NCBI GenBank assembly: GCA_964016885.1
Contig: OZ024743.1
Span: 287,866,001-287,930,000 of the forward strand
Source: Eledone cirrhosa
Lineage: Eukaryota
DNA length: 64,000 nt
Direction: 5' to 3'
Within the stretch, counting starts at the first letter, position 1. Each line of letters opens with the position of its first letter. This document shows, piece by piece, positions 13,688-30,348 of the stretch. The notes beneath the pieces are model-generated. The model searched no databases. It saw only the letters and a program-made list of their open reading frames with translations, and was not told the origin of the DNA. A program made the position numbers and the translations under genes.

Positions 13688-13930
13688 ATATGTCCGTTCG
13701 AAGCTAAGAAGAAATGTGTGTGTATATGTGAGTAAAAGAGTGTGTGTGATATGTAAGTACGAAGCTATGAGCAAAAGTATGTTAATATAAGGGTGTGTGT
13801 GTGTGTGTATACAGAGCATTTAAGGGAAACGTGGAGTGAGCATATAGTCGGCCTGTATTAATTGTTAGAGAAGATGTTAATGATCAAGAGAAAGCGATGG
13901 GAATCTAGGGGTGTGATAATGGACGGGGTA

Positions 13931-14480
13931 TTAGAGAAATTGGGGAGGTGAGTTGAGTCCAAGAGGGGAATAGGACCCAAAGCGGTGAATCAAACTTTGT
14001 TCAGTCCAGGTGCGCGAGGACTGTGATCCATGATGTAAAAGGACACCCAGGACTGAAACATGTAGGGAAGAATGACCAGGAGAACAGAAATGATTGGCGA
14101 CAAGAGTATCCAAACCGAGCCGTATGTCCCTCAAATGCTCAGCAAAACGGTCCGCCATACGGCGTCCCGTTTGTCCGATATATACAGACCCGCAAAGGGG
14201 ACACCGGAGGGCATAGACAACGTGGGTGCATGTGCAGGTGAAGGAATGGCGGATACGGAAAGACCCGTTGGGGCCTGTAAGAGTGGTGAGGGTGGAAATA
14301 AAGGGACAAGTGTTGCAGCGGGAACGGGAACAAGGATGAGAGCCGGGTGGAGTCTTGGGAGAGGACGAGAAGCAACTGCGAACCAGAAGGCCGCGGAGGT
14401 TGCGGGCGCGCTCAAAAGCAATAATGGGTGGGTTTGGAAAAAAGCGAGAAGTGACGGGGTCAGAAGACTATGCAATGCCA
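13931..14480 (-). pseudogene. PLE linker + GIY-YIG endonuclease fragment
   Basis: Minus-strand translation: PPIIAFERARNLRGLLVRS...RCNTCPFI...SFTCTCTHVVYALRCPLCGSVYIGQTGRRMADRFAEHLRDIR...VANHF...EQSLIHRFGSYSPLGLN. Confidence 0.9.
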
Positions 14481-14791
14481 TAATCTCTTCATGGTGGAGT
14501 CGGAACTCGTCGACTTGTTCCGGAGAAAGAGAGAGTAAGAGAACAAAACAGTGAATATGAGAAACATATACAGGACAAATCGAACTTAGTCTTGGAGTGC
14601 TACTTTGTTTATCGATTTCAAAAGGATTAAAGGATGAAAGGATGAAAGACAAAGCTCGCCTTCGTGGGATTCGAACTCAGATTGAAGACAGCAAACATGC
14701 TACCCGTTGTTTTAACGACTTTGCCAATTGACCACCTCATCTCATACTCATACAGACAAATACACGCAATTACCGACAAACACGCACCAAA

Positions 14792-15708
14792 TCTATATAT
14801 GTAAAACAGAGGATGTCTGCCTGTGTGTCTGTTTCTCTAAAACTTGAGAAGTACCCAACCATTTTTTTTCAAACTTTACACATGTAACCCGTATGGCCCC
14901 GGAAGTGTTTTGAGCAAAAAAAATTTCAAATTATTCTGACCTAGGGATCGAATTAGTGAAGTGGCCAATGTCTGTACATAATGAGGGAGTGAGAGGGGCG
15001 AGAAAGAAAAAGAGAGGCGAAGTGAAGAAGTGGCTCTCTACTCCTCCTCCTCCTTCTCCCCATTCGTCACAGCATTTTTCGATAGAGGGGAGAAATGTGA
15101 ACGAGTTATAGAGAGAAAGAATGAGAGTGAAAGAAACAGACAGACTAAAAGAGGGGGATAGCGGGAGAGAGAGAGAGAGAGAGAGTGACAGACGCCGTCT
15201 TTTGAGAGTTGTATGCGTCAAAGATACATGACAGTGGAATAACTATTGCGTGTGTGTGTGTACGTGCGCGCGTGTGTGTGTGAGTTTGTGTGCGTTTGCA
15301 TGCGTGAGTGTGTATGTGTGCGTGAGTGATTATAAACTCTCTCACATGGTCTGATGGAATTAACCCTTTAGCATTTACATTACTCTCTATATACTATATT
15401 ATTTTCATGGTAAAGGCTTTATCTCACATAATATATTATTATGCTTTCCAGCATAGTTACGTCCCTTTACCATCTGAGTTCAAATCCCGCCGAGGTTGAC
15501 TTTGCCTTTCATCCTTACGGGGTCGATAAAATAAAGTACCAGTAATGCACTGGTAATTGCTGGCCTTGTGCCTAAAGTAGAAACAATTATAATATTAATA
15601 TTATTTATTTTGAGAACAATACCTTAACCCTTTAGTATTAATGTGAGTGAAATATAAAGAGAAAGAGTGAGAGTGAAAGAAACAGACAGACTAAAAGAGG
15701 GGGATAGC

Positions 15709-15783
<75 letters not shown>

Positions 15784-16298
15784 GCTGGAAGAGGGAAAGG
15801 AAAGCTATATGTCTTGCTGTCTGCATTATGATACATATATACACACACACACTGATCGCGTCATAATGAGGTAATGCAGACAGCCAGACATACAGACAGA
15901 TATTATAAGGGCGCAACGTTATATCTATGTATCTATCTAAAAAGAAAGACTAAGAATTATAGAGAGAGATCGCTAAATCGCCTAATGCGGTCCCTAGGGC
16001 ATTGAAAATTTGAAATATCTTTTACTCAAAACACTCACAGGACAGTATTACACGTGTAAAGTTTGAAAACAATCGGTTGGGTGGTTTTCAAGTTTTAGTG
16101 AGCTGACAGACAGACAGACATTCTCTGTTTTAGATATATATATATATAATTATATATTCGTGTACAGATATTTTTGCATACACAATAACAAAATATAACT
16201 AAACGTATTTATTTCACTAGGCTCAATAAGGATAAATATATATCAAATATATAAGAACCCTAGAGCAAATCCCGAGTAACGCCGGGCCATTCTGCTAG
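14792..16298. mobile_element. Non-autonomous Helitron-like segments
   Basis: 5' a|tctatatatgtaaaa end at 14792, an inverted similar 5' end at ~16050-16140, and a 3' hairpin cccgagtaacgccggg + CTAG|t at 16271-16298; internal blocks shared with 3170-3305. Confidence 0.55.
15443..15590 (+). mobile_element. 5'-truncated tRNA-derived SINE
   Basis: gagttcaaatccc B box, ctttcatccttacggggtcgataaaataaagtaccag core, gtagaaacaattat tail. Confidence 0.9.
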
Positions 16299-16373
<75 letters not shown>

Positions 16374-16399
16374 TAAATGTATGTATGTATGTATGTATG

Positions 16400-16433
<34 letters not shown>

Positions 16434-16451
16434 TGTATGTATGTATGTCAA

Positions 16452-18295
<1,844 letters not shown>

Positions 18296-18468
18296 ATGAG
18301 ACAGGTTGTACTGGGATACATGCTACAAGTAGCACCAACTGGTGACCTGACATACGTATATGCATACATACATGCAGGCATACATACATACATACATACA
18401 CACATACACACATACTCACATACATACACATACACGTATACACCGACAAACACACACCACATATATAT

Positions 18469-18499
<31 letters not shown>

Positions 18500-18527
18500 G
18501 ATGTATATATATAATATATATATATAT

Positions 18528-18589
<62 letters not shown>

Positions 18590-18592
18590 TAT

Positions 18593-18727
<135 letters not shown>

Positions 18728-18764
18728 CGTATATACATGCACACACAAACAATGACAGAATGGC

Positions 18765-18801
<37 letters not shown>

Positions 18802-19046
18802 TATATGTGTGTATACGTATATACATGCTCACACAAACAATTACACAATGACGCACACATATTCACTCACAGACACACATACTAATATAAAGTCACTCAT
18901 GCACACATACGCACGGACGCACAGACACACACACTTATACACACACATACACACACACACAAACTCTTATACAAGAACTCATCATTCAGATAAATAGATT
19001 TCTTTATTTGCCACAAGGGCACATAGATAGATAGATAGAGCGAGCG

Positions 19047-19194
<148 letters not shown>

Positions 19195-19407
19195 AGCGAG
19201 AGAAATTGGGAAAGAGAATGATACACTGAGCGAGAGGAAGGGAAATAAAGACCGCGTGTGAAGCTTAAAGGGAAAGAGAAAAAGAAAAAGAAGAGGGATG
19301 TTAGGGGAAGTAACTGAAGTGAAATTTTCTTTAATTAACACAATTTTTTGATGGAAGACGGAACGCAAAAACAAACCCTATCAATCTAGTGAAAGTCGAA
19401 AGACCGC

Positions 19408-20495
19408 ATACAGCAGAACAGAATAAAAGAATATATATACATACACATATACAGCAGAACAGAATAAAAGAATATATATACATGCACACATACAGCAGAA
19501 CAGAATAAAAGAATATATATACATACACATATACAGCAGAACAGAATAAAAGAATATATATACATACACATATACAGCAGAACAGAATAAAAGAATATAT
19601 ATACATACACATATACAGCAGAACAGAATAAAAGAATATATATACATACACATATACAGCAGAACAGAATAAAAGAATATATATACATACACATATACAG
19701 CAGAACAGAATAAAAGAATATATATACATACACATATACAGCAGAACAGAATAAAAGAATATATATACATACACATATACAGCAGAACAGAATAAAAGAA
19801 TATATATACATGCACACATACAGCAGAACAGAATAAAAGAATATATATACATACACATATACAGCAGAACAGAATAAAAGAATATATATACATGCACACA
19901 TACAGCAGAACAGAATAAAAGAATATATATACATACACATATACAGCAGAACAGAATAAAAGAATATATATACATGCACACATACAGCAGAACAGAATAA
20001 AAGAATATATATACATACACATATATAGCAGAACAGAATAAAAGAATATATATACATACACATATACAGCAGAACAGAATAAAAGAATATATATACATGC
20101 ACACATACAGCAGAACAGAATAAAAGAATATATATACATACACATATACACCAGAATAGAATAAAAGAATACATATACATACACATATACACCAGAACAG
20201 AATAAAAGAATACATATACATACACATATATAGCAGAACAGAATAAAAGAATATATATACATACACATATACAGCAGAACAGAATAAAAGAATATATATA
20301 CATGCACACATACAGCAGAACAGAATAAAAGAATATATATACATACACATATACACCAGAACAGAATAAAAGAATACATATACATACACATATACACCAG
20401 AATAGAATAAAAGAATATATATATATAAACACATACAACAGAGCAGCACTGAATAGAAGAATATATATATATACACACACATACAGCAGAACAGA
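19408..20495. repeat. 41-bp minisatellite, ~26 copies
   Basis: Unit cagcagaacagaataaaagaatatatatacatacacatata with a catgcacacata variant. Confidence 0.95.
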
Positions 20496-20520
20496 ATTAT
20501 AGAATACATCGTCCTTTCTC

Positions 20521-20688
20521 CAGGGCCGTCTTAACGCATGGGCACGCTGGGCAGCTGCCCGAGGGCCCCACGAGGATAGGGGGCCCATTTTTATTTTTAT
20601 TCCTGTGAGTGGTTGTGTAGGTAGGGGCCCCAGTGCTCTGCTTTGCCGGGCCGGGGGGGGGGGCTATAATGCTGTTAAGACGGCCCTG
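20521..20688. mobile_element. hAT-type MITE with 8-bp TSD
   Basis: Perfect 15-bp TIRs CAGGGCCGTCTTAAC / GTTAAGACGGCCCTG; flanks cctttctc / cgtttctc. Confidence 0.9.
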
Positions 20689-20955
20689 CGTTTCTCCTTC
20701 GCAAGTGAAGATGAGCGTGAGCTTCCCACTGGGTGGGTCCGTAGATGACTGATATGACCAATCCTGCCACCATTGAAGTGTGGGTGGTAATGCGGACAGG
20801 GGTCTAGCTAGTGTTGTCCACGTGGGTTAAGTGCCTTCTTGCGTTGCTGGTGTTTCAGAATAGTGCTGCCGGTCTTCAGTTTTTCATAGGAGGCGACACT
20901 AGAATGGATCCGGTTGCTCTACGCCTAACGTCGGAAGCTTGAGCCTTCTCATGTG
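20689..20955 (-). pseudogene. RTE-clade LINE 3' end remnant
   Basis: Minus strand encodes RIGHISHLRTH, like the C-terminal zinc-finger tail of RTE ORFs; interrupted at its 3' tail by the MITE. Confidence 0.55.
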
Positions 20956-21443
20956 TTTGAGTCAAGCCGCATATATACATACACACATACACGAACAGAC
21001 GCACACACACGTATATACAGACAGACAGACAGACAGACATACACCCACAACCACAAACACACATATATACACAACACATAAACAGACAAACAAATACGCA
21101 ACTTCCTAAAATCACAGCAGCAACAACAGTCTCAAAAATATTTATACATGCATTTCACGAAAGGAAGGAATGATTGAAAAATTGGAATTCGGGGGAGCAG
21201 TGTTTATCACCGAACAGACGGGCCCTAAATATAAATTACCTTCTTGAGAAAAATGTCACCTGTATGACAGTCCCTTATCGAAAAGTGAGAAATACAAAAA
21301 TAACATATCTCTATTCACGGAGCCTTTTTTATGTCTCCGAAAAAACGATTACAGGCAGCCTTGTGAGGGGAATTTGGTAGATGGAAACCAGTTATATATC
21401 ATCATCACCATCATCATCATTTTATGTCTGCTTTTCCCTGCTT

Positions 21444-21483
<40 letters not shown>

Positions 21484-23586
21484 GTTCTGGTGGTATTCTA
21501 TCCTCTATAATTGAACACACAACCCTTTGTGTATTTTCCTCTATATACTGTCTTATATATATATACACGTGGAAGTGTATTCTGTTTGTATTTACGTTGG
21601 TATTTGTTTTTGTCCCGTCATTTAGCGGTTGAGTTAAATAAGTGCCAGATTAAAAAAAAAAAGTACTGAGGTCGATAGGATAGACAGAAACCTTTCAGAG
21701 TGGTACCATAGTATGGCCCCACTCTAATAACAGAAATTAGTAAAAAATAATAAATAAATAAAAGAAAAAAATATGAATGTTGCTATTTTCTTGAACATTT
21801 CTATGTTTATATTCATGAGAAAGTCGGTGATGCATCATTGTATTACGTGTGGTGTGTATCCTATTTCATTGTAGTTGTAACCATTTTTTACGCAAAGATG
21901 GAAGCGTGCTTAATTAAACTAAGATTTTAATTCGAAAGCGTCTTGTTTTCACAAAACAATAATGGTGTCAATTTGTAAGGCGCCATTAATGCTTGTGTCA
22001 CTGAAAATTATATCGGATTTGTTTAACGTAAAAGGGCTATCTCGTCGGTTTTGACGGCGAGTATTCCAGCTGGATGATTAACAGAACTATTGACAGATTT
22101 AATGTGTCATAGTGTTGCGTAGTGGGATTGAGCTGAAGATCCCACGATTGAGAAGCTAGCTTATTAAACATTCGGTCAAGTCTACAACCTTTGTTATGCG
22201 TAAATTGATGATTACTCTATATGTTAAAAAGGCGTTGAAAAGAAAAGAAAAGAAAGAAGCAGATCGTGAGATTAGACCAAGGAAACTGTGTCTATTGGTA
22301 TTTCCATTGCTGATACTATTTCCCGTTCGCAATTTCCGATTGAAACGTCGTCATGGCTTTTCCTTTGACACAAGATGGAATTCAAACATATCACGCTAAG
22401 CATCCTATCAATTGATTTATCTATTCTGTTAATCCTCTATCTGGAATTTTGTTTATTGAACACGATAGGATAAAAGGTAAACTTGATTTCAGCAGACAAT
22501 TGACTGCCGGGACAAATACGAGGCTTTTAATTCGAGACCCTAACAACACTGCCAATTCGCCGCAAATGTTCAACTGAACAGATAATGTTTGCATTGTTGA
22601 TTTCTAAGATGAAATAAAAGTTCCCAATTTCATCGATAATCCACTATAGATAAGATTGTGAATCAATTTTCAGCTGTACAACCATTTTAAATCTGAAAAA
22701 TATGAGATCAGGATTATACCAGTTAAACAAATAAGACCATTATTCAGCAGTGTACTCGATATGTGCGATAGTAGACTGTAAATATAGTAGAGAGTTGGAA
22801 CCTGACGGACGGCTGATCTCTAGCCATTTTGACAACAAATTCTAGACTGGAATTTGCTTTCGAAATGGCAAGAGCTCATATATATATATGCATATATATA
22901 CATGATGAGTGCATCTTGATTTCGAGTAATGCCATCGCTTGATACTAAAGCATGGGCATCACGGGGGTGGCGTTTTAGGCTAGGGATTTTCCTACGGCCA
23001 GCAATACCATGCATCGCAAAAATGGCCCATATCAAGCCCATATCAACCGATGCCGGTGCATGAAGCTTTTTAAAGTGAGGAAAGGCTTTGCACGGGGCCA
23101 ATATCGAATACATTGCCCCAAAAGAAGAACTGGTCTACATCATTGGATGCAAACAAACGGAGTTGCAGCTTTTATATCAGAGTGACATCATAGAGAGATG
23201 TCTAAATGAAGACTAGGAGTCTCTCGCTAAAAAAAAGATACATACATACATAAACATGGAAAAATCAATTTTATTCTTTAAAACAATATTTATTTCCATA
23301 CACGTGTTTCAAGAGAGTTGTATATGCAATTATTAGAAAAGTTAGGAAACATTTCGCATATTCCATATCCATACACAGGCATTGGTACATAGACATGGTT
23401 GTACATTCCCTCTCTTCAGAGGAGCAATAGTAAGTTTCAAAAGGAGTGAAAATGCGTGTGAAGTACCAATTTTACCTTAGACGTGGCAATTATATACTAT
23501 CATATATAATTCTCTACTTTCCTTCGAACATTGTATATATAGTTTTATCTTTGCAACAAGTATATATATATACTTTTATATATAAT

Positions 23587-24020
23587 ACTTGCAGAGGTAG
23601 CCGGCGTTGCTCGGGTATTAAATAGCAGTTATGTATACAATTTATGTCAATACTTCTGTGCTGCTTCGAAAACTATACTTTTACAAACTCATCGGCTTTT
23701 TCCAAAAGAGGGTTCCTGCCCACAGGGGTCCCCTACTCAATATGTGCCAATTCTGAGAGTTCACATTCATCTGTAGAACAAACGTAGCCCATGTGTCAAG
23801 TTTTGTGAAAATGGGTTGCGAACTCCAGAAGTTATGACGTTTTGTTGCATTGCACTGCTTCCAAGAAAGCGGTTAAAGGGAATTATCTGCCAGGAGGCCC
23901 TGTAATCAATATCTGGAAAAATGAAAGTGTCCATGACCATCCGGAGTACATAAGTAACCTATGTCTTAAGTTTGGTGAAAATGCTGTAGAAATGCATAAG
24001 GTTTACACACACACAAACGC
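23587..24020 (-). mobile_element. Non-autonomous Helitron-like element
   Basis: Minus-strand 3' hairpin cccgagcaacgccgg...ctgcaag|t closely matches the 16271-16298 terminus. Confidence 0.55.
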
Positions 24021-24421
24021 GCGCGTGTATGTATTTGTGTGTGCGTATGTATATGTATGCGTATGTCCGTCGGCACATACGTATGTACTGGCCTAAATCT
24101 TCACTATTTACTTTTACTATTTTAATAACCTCTGTCATTTTCGTTTAAAATTTTATTTACATCATTCTTAAACTCCGGGGTTGGAAATCATTCGGTTATT
24201 TTAAATAGAACATTAGTCTAACGACTCCATTTATACCATAAACTTTGTCTTGTCTTTGCATGAAATTGTTCTTCTCGGTCCACATAACGACGTATTATCC
24301 TCGCTTTTTTCCGTTCATTACCAAGGAACGTCTTCACGAACCAAAATATCGTCTTCCTGTTTTCCTTCGGTTGCAATGTTTCTCGAAATATTTACTTCTG
24401 CGTTCACAGATTGAATTTTTT

Positions 24422-24472
24422 AGTTTCAGAAGATCCCGTTAATGTTGAAAGCAGCGATTCTTTGCTTAAACT
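24422..24472 (+). ncRNA. Hammerhead-like CAGAAGA motif (family C), stem II decayed
   Basis: AGTTT CAGAAGA tcccgttaatgtt GAAA GCA gcgattctt TGC TT AAACT. Confidence 0.5.
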
Positions 24473-24487
24473 TTAATCTGTTCTTAT

Positions 24488-24539
<52 letters not shown>

Positions 24540-24922
24540 GAGAGAGAGAGAGAGAGAGATGCGTCTTTTGTGTGTGTGTATGTGCGGACATAAATATATA
24601 TAACACACACAGTCACAGTACGTCTTGTGTGAAAGAGAGAAAGAGACGTAAGGTAGAGGAAAGGGGAGAGTTGAACAGTGTGTAAAGAATAGAGAAATAA
24701 ATAAAAGTTAAAGTTCCTCACTCTCTTTCTTTCTTACTTTCTTTCTCAACCCCTCTCTCCCTTTTTTCTCATACACCCTCTCTCTCTTTCTCTCGCGCTC
24801 TCTCTCTCTCTCTCTCACTCATACCCCCCTCTCTCTCTTCCTCTACAGAATGGAGAACAATAAAGAACGCGCAGATATCTCTCCCCCTCTCCCTCTCTAT
24901 ATATATTTATGTGTTTGTGTGG

Positions 24923-24957
<35 letters not shown>

Positions 24958-25045
24958 GAACCAGCGTATCTTGTACCTCTCTCTGTATAATGGCCTATCT
25001 CATTTTCTCTCTCTACAACTCCCTTTCTCTCTTTAGATGTATATG

Positions 25046-25106
<61 letters not shown>

Positions 25107-25357
25107 CAATGATGTGTTCGTCAGAATGTCGTTATGCAGAGACCCAGACACACAGACAGATAGTATAATGGCTCGACGGAGATCGATAACACCCTTTTAA
25201 CAACAGAAAATTGAAAAATAAAAGCTGAAGTTAGTATCTTTAAACCGCAAGGAATATATAAATGCAAGTTTGAAGTCAATCGGAGTAGAAATGTGGATTT
25301 GTATAGACTTTGCAAAAATGAGGACACACAGACAACATCAGTTTTATATATATAGAT

Positions 25358-25416
<59 letters not shown>

Positions 25417-25419
<3 letters not shown>

Positions 25420-25752
25420 GTTTCTACTATTGGCACAAGGCCAGAAATTACCCAGTACATTACTGGTACTTTATTTTATCGACCCGTAAGGATGAAAGGC
25501 AAAGTTAACCTCGGCGGGATTTGAACTCAGAATGGCAAGGGCCGTAACTCTATGCGTCAAATATATAATGTGCATCAATTGTAATTAATTGTTTCTACTT
25601 TAGGCACAAGGCCAGCAATTACCCAGTGCATTACTGGTACTTTATTTTATCGACCCCGTAAGGATGAAAGGCAAAGTCAACCTCGGCGGGATTTGAACTC
25701 AGATCGTAAAGGGACGTAACTATGCTGGAAAGCATGGCGTCCGACCCTCTAC
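25417..25752 (-). mobile_element. Two adjacent tRNA-derived SINE copies
   Basis: Both match the reverse complement of the SINE consensus (25417-25558 and 25588-25752). Confidence 0.9.
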
Positions 25753-25914
25753 TGAGAATTTTTCTTTACGTAAACATTAATATATATTTGTAACCACCGA
25801 CTTCAGCTGAAAACTTATAAAGATAACTTCATTGACGAAGTGTCGAACCACGCAAAACTTGCAGACAAAGATATACTGATATATAGACACGTACACATAC
25901 ACACACACCACACG

Positions 25915-26008
<94 letters not shown>

Positions 26009-26159
26009 CATATGTATATGCATATGTATATATATATATATGAACTCTCCATGATGGCTGACTGAATACATACGTGTATCTATTTTTTCTTTGTCTTTAC
26101 CTCCTCATTTTACCCCGTTCCTTCCTCTTATCACTGTTTCCTTTCTATTTATCTTCTAT

Positions 26160-26290
26160 TTCTAACTCTATCTTCCGATAACGGACTAGTGTCCGAAACG
26201 TTAAGACTCTTTAACTATTATTACAAGCGTTAAACTAATATATGACTTCCACGTACTGTGTCGTTTTATTGTCTCTATTTACCTTTTACA
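26160..26290 (+). mobile_element. PLE family A terminal repeat with decayed hammerhead
   Basis: tctt ccgataa c GGAC tagt GTCC GAAA cg t TA aga...gcgttaaactaatatat. Confidence 0.65.
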
Positions 26291-27384
26291 CACACACAAA
26301 CACCCCCCCCCCCCACACGCACACATACACACATATATATATGTGTTACGTACTTACATAAGGTAAACACACATAATATATACAAAAAAAAAATTCATAA
26401 ATAAATCAGAAGAAATAACAACAAAAACAGCAACAATGATTACAACAGCAACAACGACAACAACAATAGTATCAACAAGACAACAGAAATGAAAATACAA
26501 AGCCACGGGGATATATGATATAGTCTATGTTGAAATTGTTTTCATCTAATAACAGTTGTAAAATGTGACGGTGACAGATGAAATCCGACCCCTCCGTCTA
26601 TAAAGCCCGCTATGTTAAGTGGAATGGACGACGGCTATGTTATTGGAAAAAAAAAACGGTATGTTGGCTTGAAAATTAGAATCTCTTTAAACAAAGAATA
26701 TATATGGGGAGAACAGTATGTCTTAACAGGAAAGACTAGAGAAATAATTAAAGGCTTATGTATATGCCTTTGTAGACATAAACATACATACAACAAACGC
26801 AACAAACACAACAAATAACACAAAAACAACACCGTTACACACTTTCATGTATTGAACGAATCAGAAACAAAACAAAACAAAATAAAGATGAAAACACACA
26901 CACACAGACACACACACACAGACACACAGACACACAGACGTACATACACACACACACACACACACAGACACACATACACTCACATATACATACACACGCA
27001 TATATCTTGAGTGCTTATATATGCGTACACAAATATATATTCATACATGTATATAGATGTATATGTCTGCGTGTATACAATATGTACATTCAGATGTTTA
27101 TGAATATTTCTGTTTCTATCATATATGAATGTATATACATGTACATACGCATGCACATACACACACACATACACACACACACACATACACATAGAAACAC
27201 ACATATTGTATGTGTACATATGTATATATGTACACATACGTACATATATATATATAGATACACACACATATATACATATATACCTATATGATATATATTT
27301 TTCTACAAAAACCTAAAAGTGCTGGATACACACTTGTGGAAATATTTGAAGTAATTTTAACATGCAAATACACACACACCTATG

Positions 27385-27458
<74 letters not shown>

Positions 27459-27461
<3 letters not shown>

Positions 27462-27670
27462 CTGCTTTCACCCTTAAGCAAAGAATCGCTGCTTTCACCC
27501 TTAACGGGATCTTCAGAAGATCCCGTTAAGGGTGAAAGCAGCGATTCTTTGCTTAAACTTTAATCTGTTATTTTAATAAATATTTGCTCTACGGTTCTTA
27601 TATATTTGATATATATTTATCCTTATCGAGCCCTCTTTGGATTTTAGTCTTCAAATTTATTATTAATACT
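27459..27670. mobile_element. Family C fold-back element in (TA)n
   Basis: Palindrome centred at 27515 (gggatcttc-a-gaagatccc); the tail recurs inverted at 38433-38520 and 16220-16270. Confidence 0.75.
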
Positions 27671-27710
27671 ATATATATATATATATACACACACACATAT
27701 GTAAATCAAT

Positions 27711-27757
<47 letters not shown>

Positions 27758-28037
27758 CATATATATTCATAATATATTTATATCAATATTCATAAAACAA
27801 AAGATTAAAAAAATAAAAATTATCACCCCCCCCCCCACACACACACATTAGTGGTGACGATGGTGTCTGGAATTCCACCACCAATCTTACGACCATCGTC
27901 GCCGCCACCACCACCACCACCACCACCAATGTCACCAGCACGACCACAAACATGCCAACCACTACAGTATCTACCTCACCTAAACCATCACCATTGCTGC
28001 CACTGTAGCCGACCTAACCACCACCACCACCAGCAGC

Positions 28038-28071
<34 letters not shown>

Positions 28072-28464
28072 GCAACAATAATACAACAACTGCAACAGCT
28101 AAATGTGATGTCTTGAGATAAAACCGCACAAGTTGTAAAGAATGAACAAAAAAAAAAGGTGGGGAAAAGTTAAAGATAAATAAGAAAAAAGAAAAACAAT
28201 GCCTTATATAGACATAATGATGTTTGCTCATTTCTTTATGGTGTTGTTTAATGAATGTTTTTGTTTTGGTACTGTGCGGAAAAATATATTAGAAAACGTA
28301 ATATTTATATTAGTTTTCGCAAAGAAACCTGAAACTGGAAGTCAAAGTAGTATTTGTATGTATGTGTCTGTGTTAGCATCTGTGTAAATATATATGTGTA
28401 TGCGTTGAGAATTATAGAAACCAACCACACACACACGCATATATAATTTATATATATATATATA

Positions 28465-28587
<123 letters not shown>

Positions 28588-28635
28588 GTATATTCCCGAG
28601 ATATGTCTTGAGAAAAGATACTTAATACGCTGGTT

Positions 28636-28677
28636 GCTGGCTGATGATTTCATACGAATGAAACAATTCTAGTCCTA
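28636..28677 (+). ncRNA. Truncated family D hammerhead motif
   Basis: CTGATGA t ttc atac gaa t GAAA caattctagtcct. Confidence 0.45.
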
Positions 28678-29578
28678 TACACACACACACATACATAGAC
28701 ATATATATATTTATATTAACTCCGCATTACCAGAGGTTTCAAGCAGCCTAAATCATCCGGTTTATTAGAAGAAAGTAAAAAAAGATAAAGAATAGAGTTT
28801 GGGGCAATGTTTCTAAGGGCTGCCATCGGTTGGTTCAGGTCACGTGATAGTGTTGACAAGTAAGTGAGAACACAAGGAAATTTGCATCTCGGTGGCGCCA
28901 TTAATCTCAGTAGAATCCAGTGACATCGGGAATGTAATCACATTGGCGTCAGGGTGGCGTCAATGAGTCTGGTGGGTCCTTTGCCTTGTGTATCACGTCT
29001 AATTGCAAACTTCCTTTGGTAACGTGGTGTCACCGCAAACTACTAATGTTAGTGCGGATGTAAGTCAAACTGTAAATATAAATACTCAGCATCCACCTCA
29101 TGTGTTGATTGCATTATTCCTTTGATTTGTTATCGTTTCAAACGCCTCTAACCAACAGAGCAGTTCTCGAATCTGTTGCGCAAATTGTGGTTACAAGTGA
29201 AATATCACATAAATGCACGAAATTGCATGGTTACAAGTTGGCTGACGAGTTAGGGATGTAGTTACTTTCGTCTTATGCAACAATGTGCGGGTGTGGGGGA
29301 TGGGTTTAGCGAGAATTATATACATATACATAATTATATATATATATAATGGATTTAAAGGAAATATGTTTAAATTTCACAATATTCTGTTATCACTATT
29401 ATACGTATTTCGATAGCATATGTTAGTCAGACACGATTTCATACCCCCCCCCCCCCACATATATATGTATGTGTGTGTGTGCGTTTGTATGTGTGTAAAC
29501 ATATATACATTGCTGGAAATCACTAGGAATTCAGGAGGCGGGGCATTAGGAAAAGGATCGAATATCAGTGGCACCTCC

Positions 29579-29610
<32 letters not shown>

Positions 29611-29985
29611 TCGAGATTGATACTTTCCTTTAATTATTACACTCCCTTACCTCTTTTACTTCCGCATATAAGTGTACGTGTGTGTAGGTGTGTTTATGCG
29701 CGTGCCTTCATATTCTTATGATGTATCTATTCTGTCTGTAGTTTACAGACACACAGATACATTTGCCCTAAAATATATATTTACGCACACTTTTTCACTA
29801 TACGTATATATTTGTGCATACACATATATGCACATCTGTGAACGTATATACATACATATACACACACCTAACTATATTTCTTGAAAGATTTTTATATAAT
29901 TCATATTGTAATTCATTTGTATATATATATATTTTTTTGCTTTTCTTGATGAGACTTTCCAAGTATTTACCCATGTTTTATAATG

Positions 29986-30055
29986 CCTCGTCTGACGAAC
30001 GAATGAAGACGTTTCTTTCGTATTCGCCTCATTCGGGAAACCTCTGGTAATGAGG
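29986..30055 (+). ncRNA. Type I hammerhead ribozyme
   Basis: CCTCGT CTGACGA a CGAATGA...TCATTCG g GAAA CC tct GG TA ATGAGG: three stems, GUA triplet. Confidence 0.75.
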
Positions 30056-30153
30056 TAATTATATTGTAACGATTTTTATACATTAAATTTTGCTCTGGTA
30101 CTTACACAGAGCACTCTTCACTTCTATGACTTTTCTGTTTTCAACGGAAATTT

Positions 30154-30223
<70 letters not shown>

Positions 30224-30225
<2 letters not shown>

Positions 30226-30335
30226 CGGTAGAAATCATCAGGAAACCTGATGATTTCTATCGAATGAAACAGTTCCAGTTCTGTAGAAGCCTTTCTATAT
30301 ATATTACATATATATATATATAGAAAGGCTTCTAC
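30224..30335. mobile_element. Family D double fold-back fragment with hammerhead core at 30247-30290
   Basis: tagaaatcatcagg-aaa-cctgatgatttcta hairpin, then GAAA CAG ttccagtt CTG TA gaagc. Confidence 0.65.
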
Positions 30336-30348
30336 TGCCAATATATAT

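Larger units (their letters stand above)
13297..14522 (-). mobile_element. 5'-truncated Penelope-like retroelement (family A)
   Basis: GIY-YIG coding remnant, 3' UTR and minimal hammerhead at 13386-13420; 3' end abuts (TA)n. Confidence 0.85.

Noticed and set aside
19331-20588. ORFs of 365-400 aa on the minus strand
   Set aside because: Translations of a stop-free 41-bp minisatellite; open in all three frames
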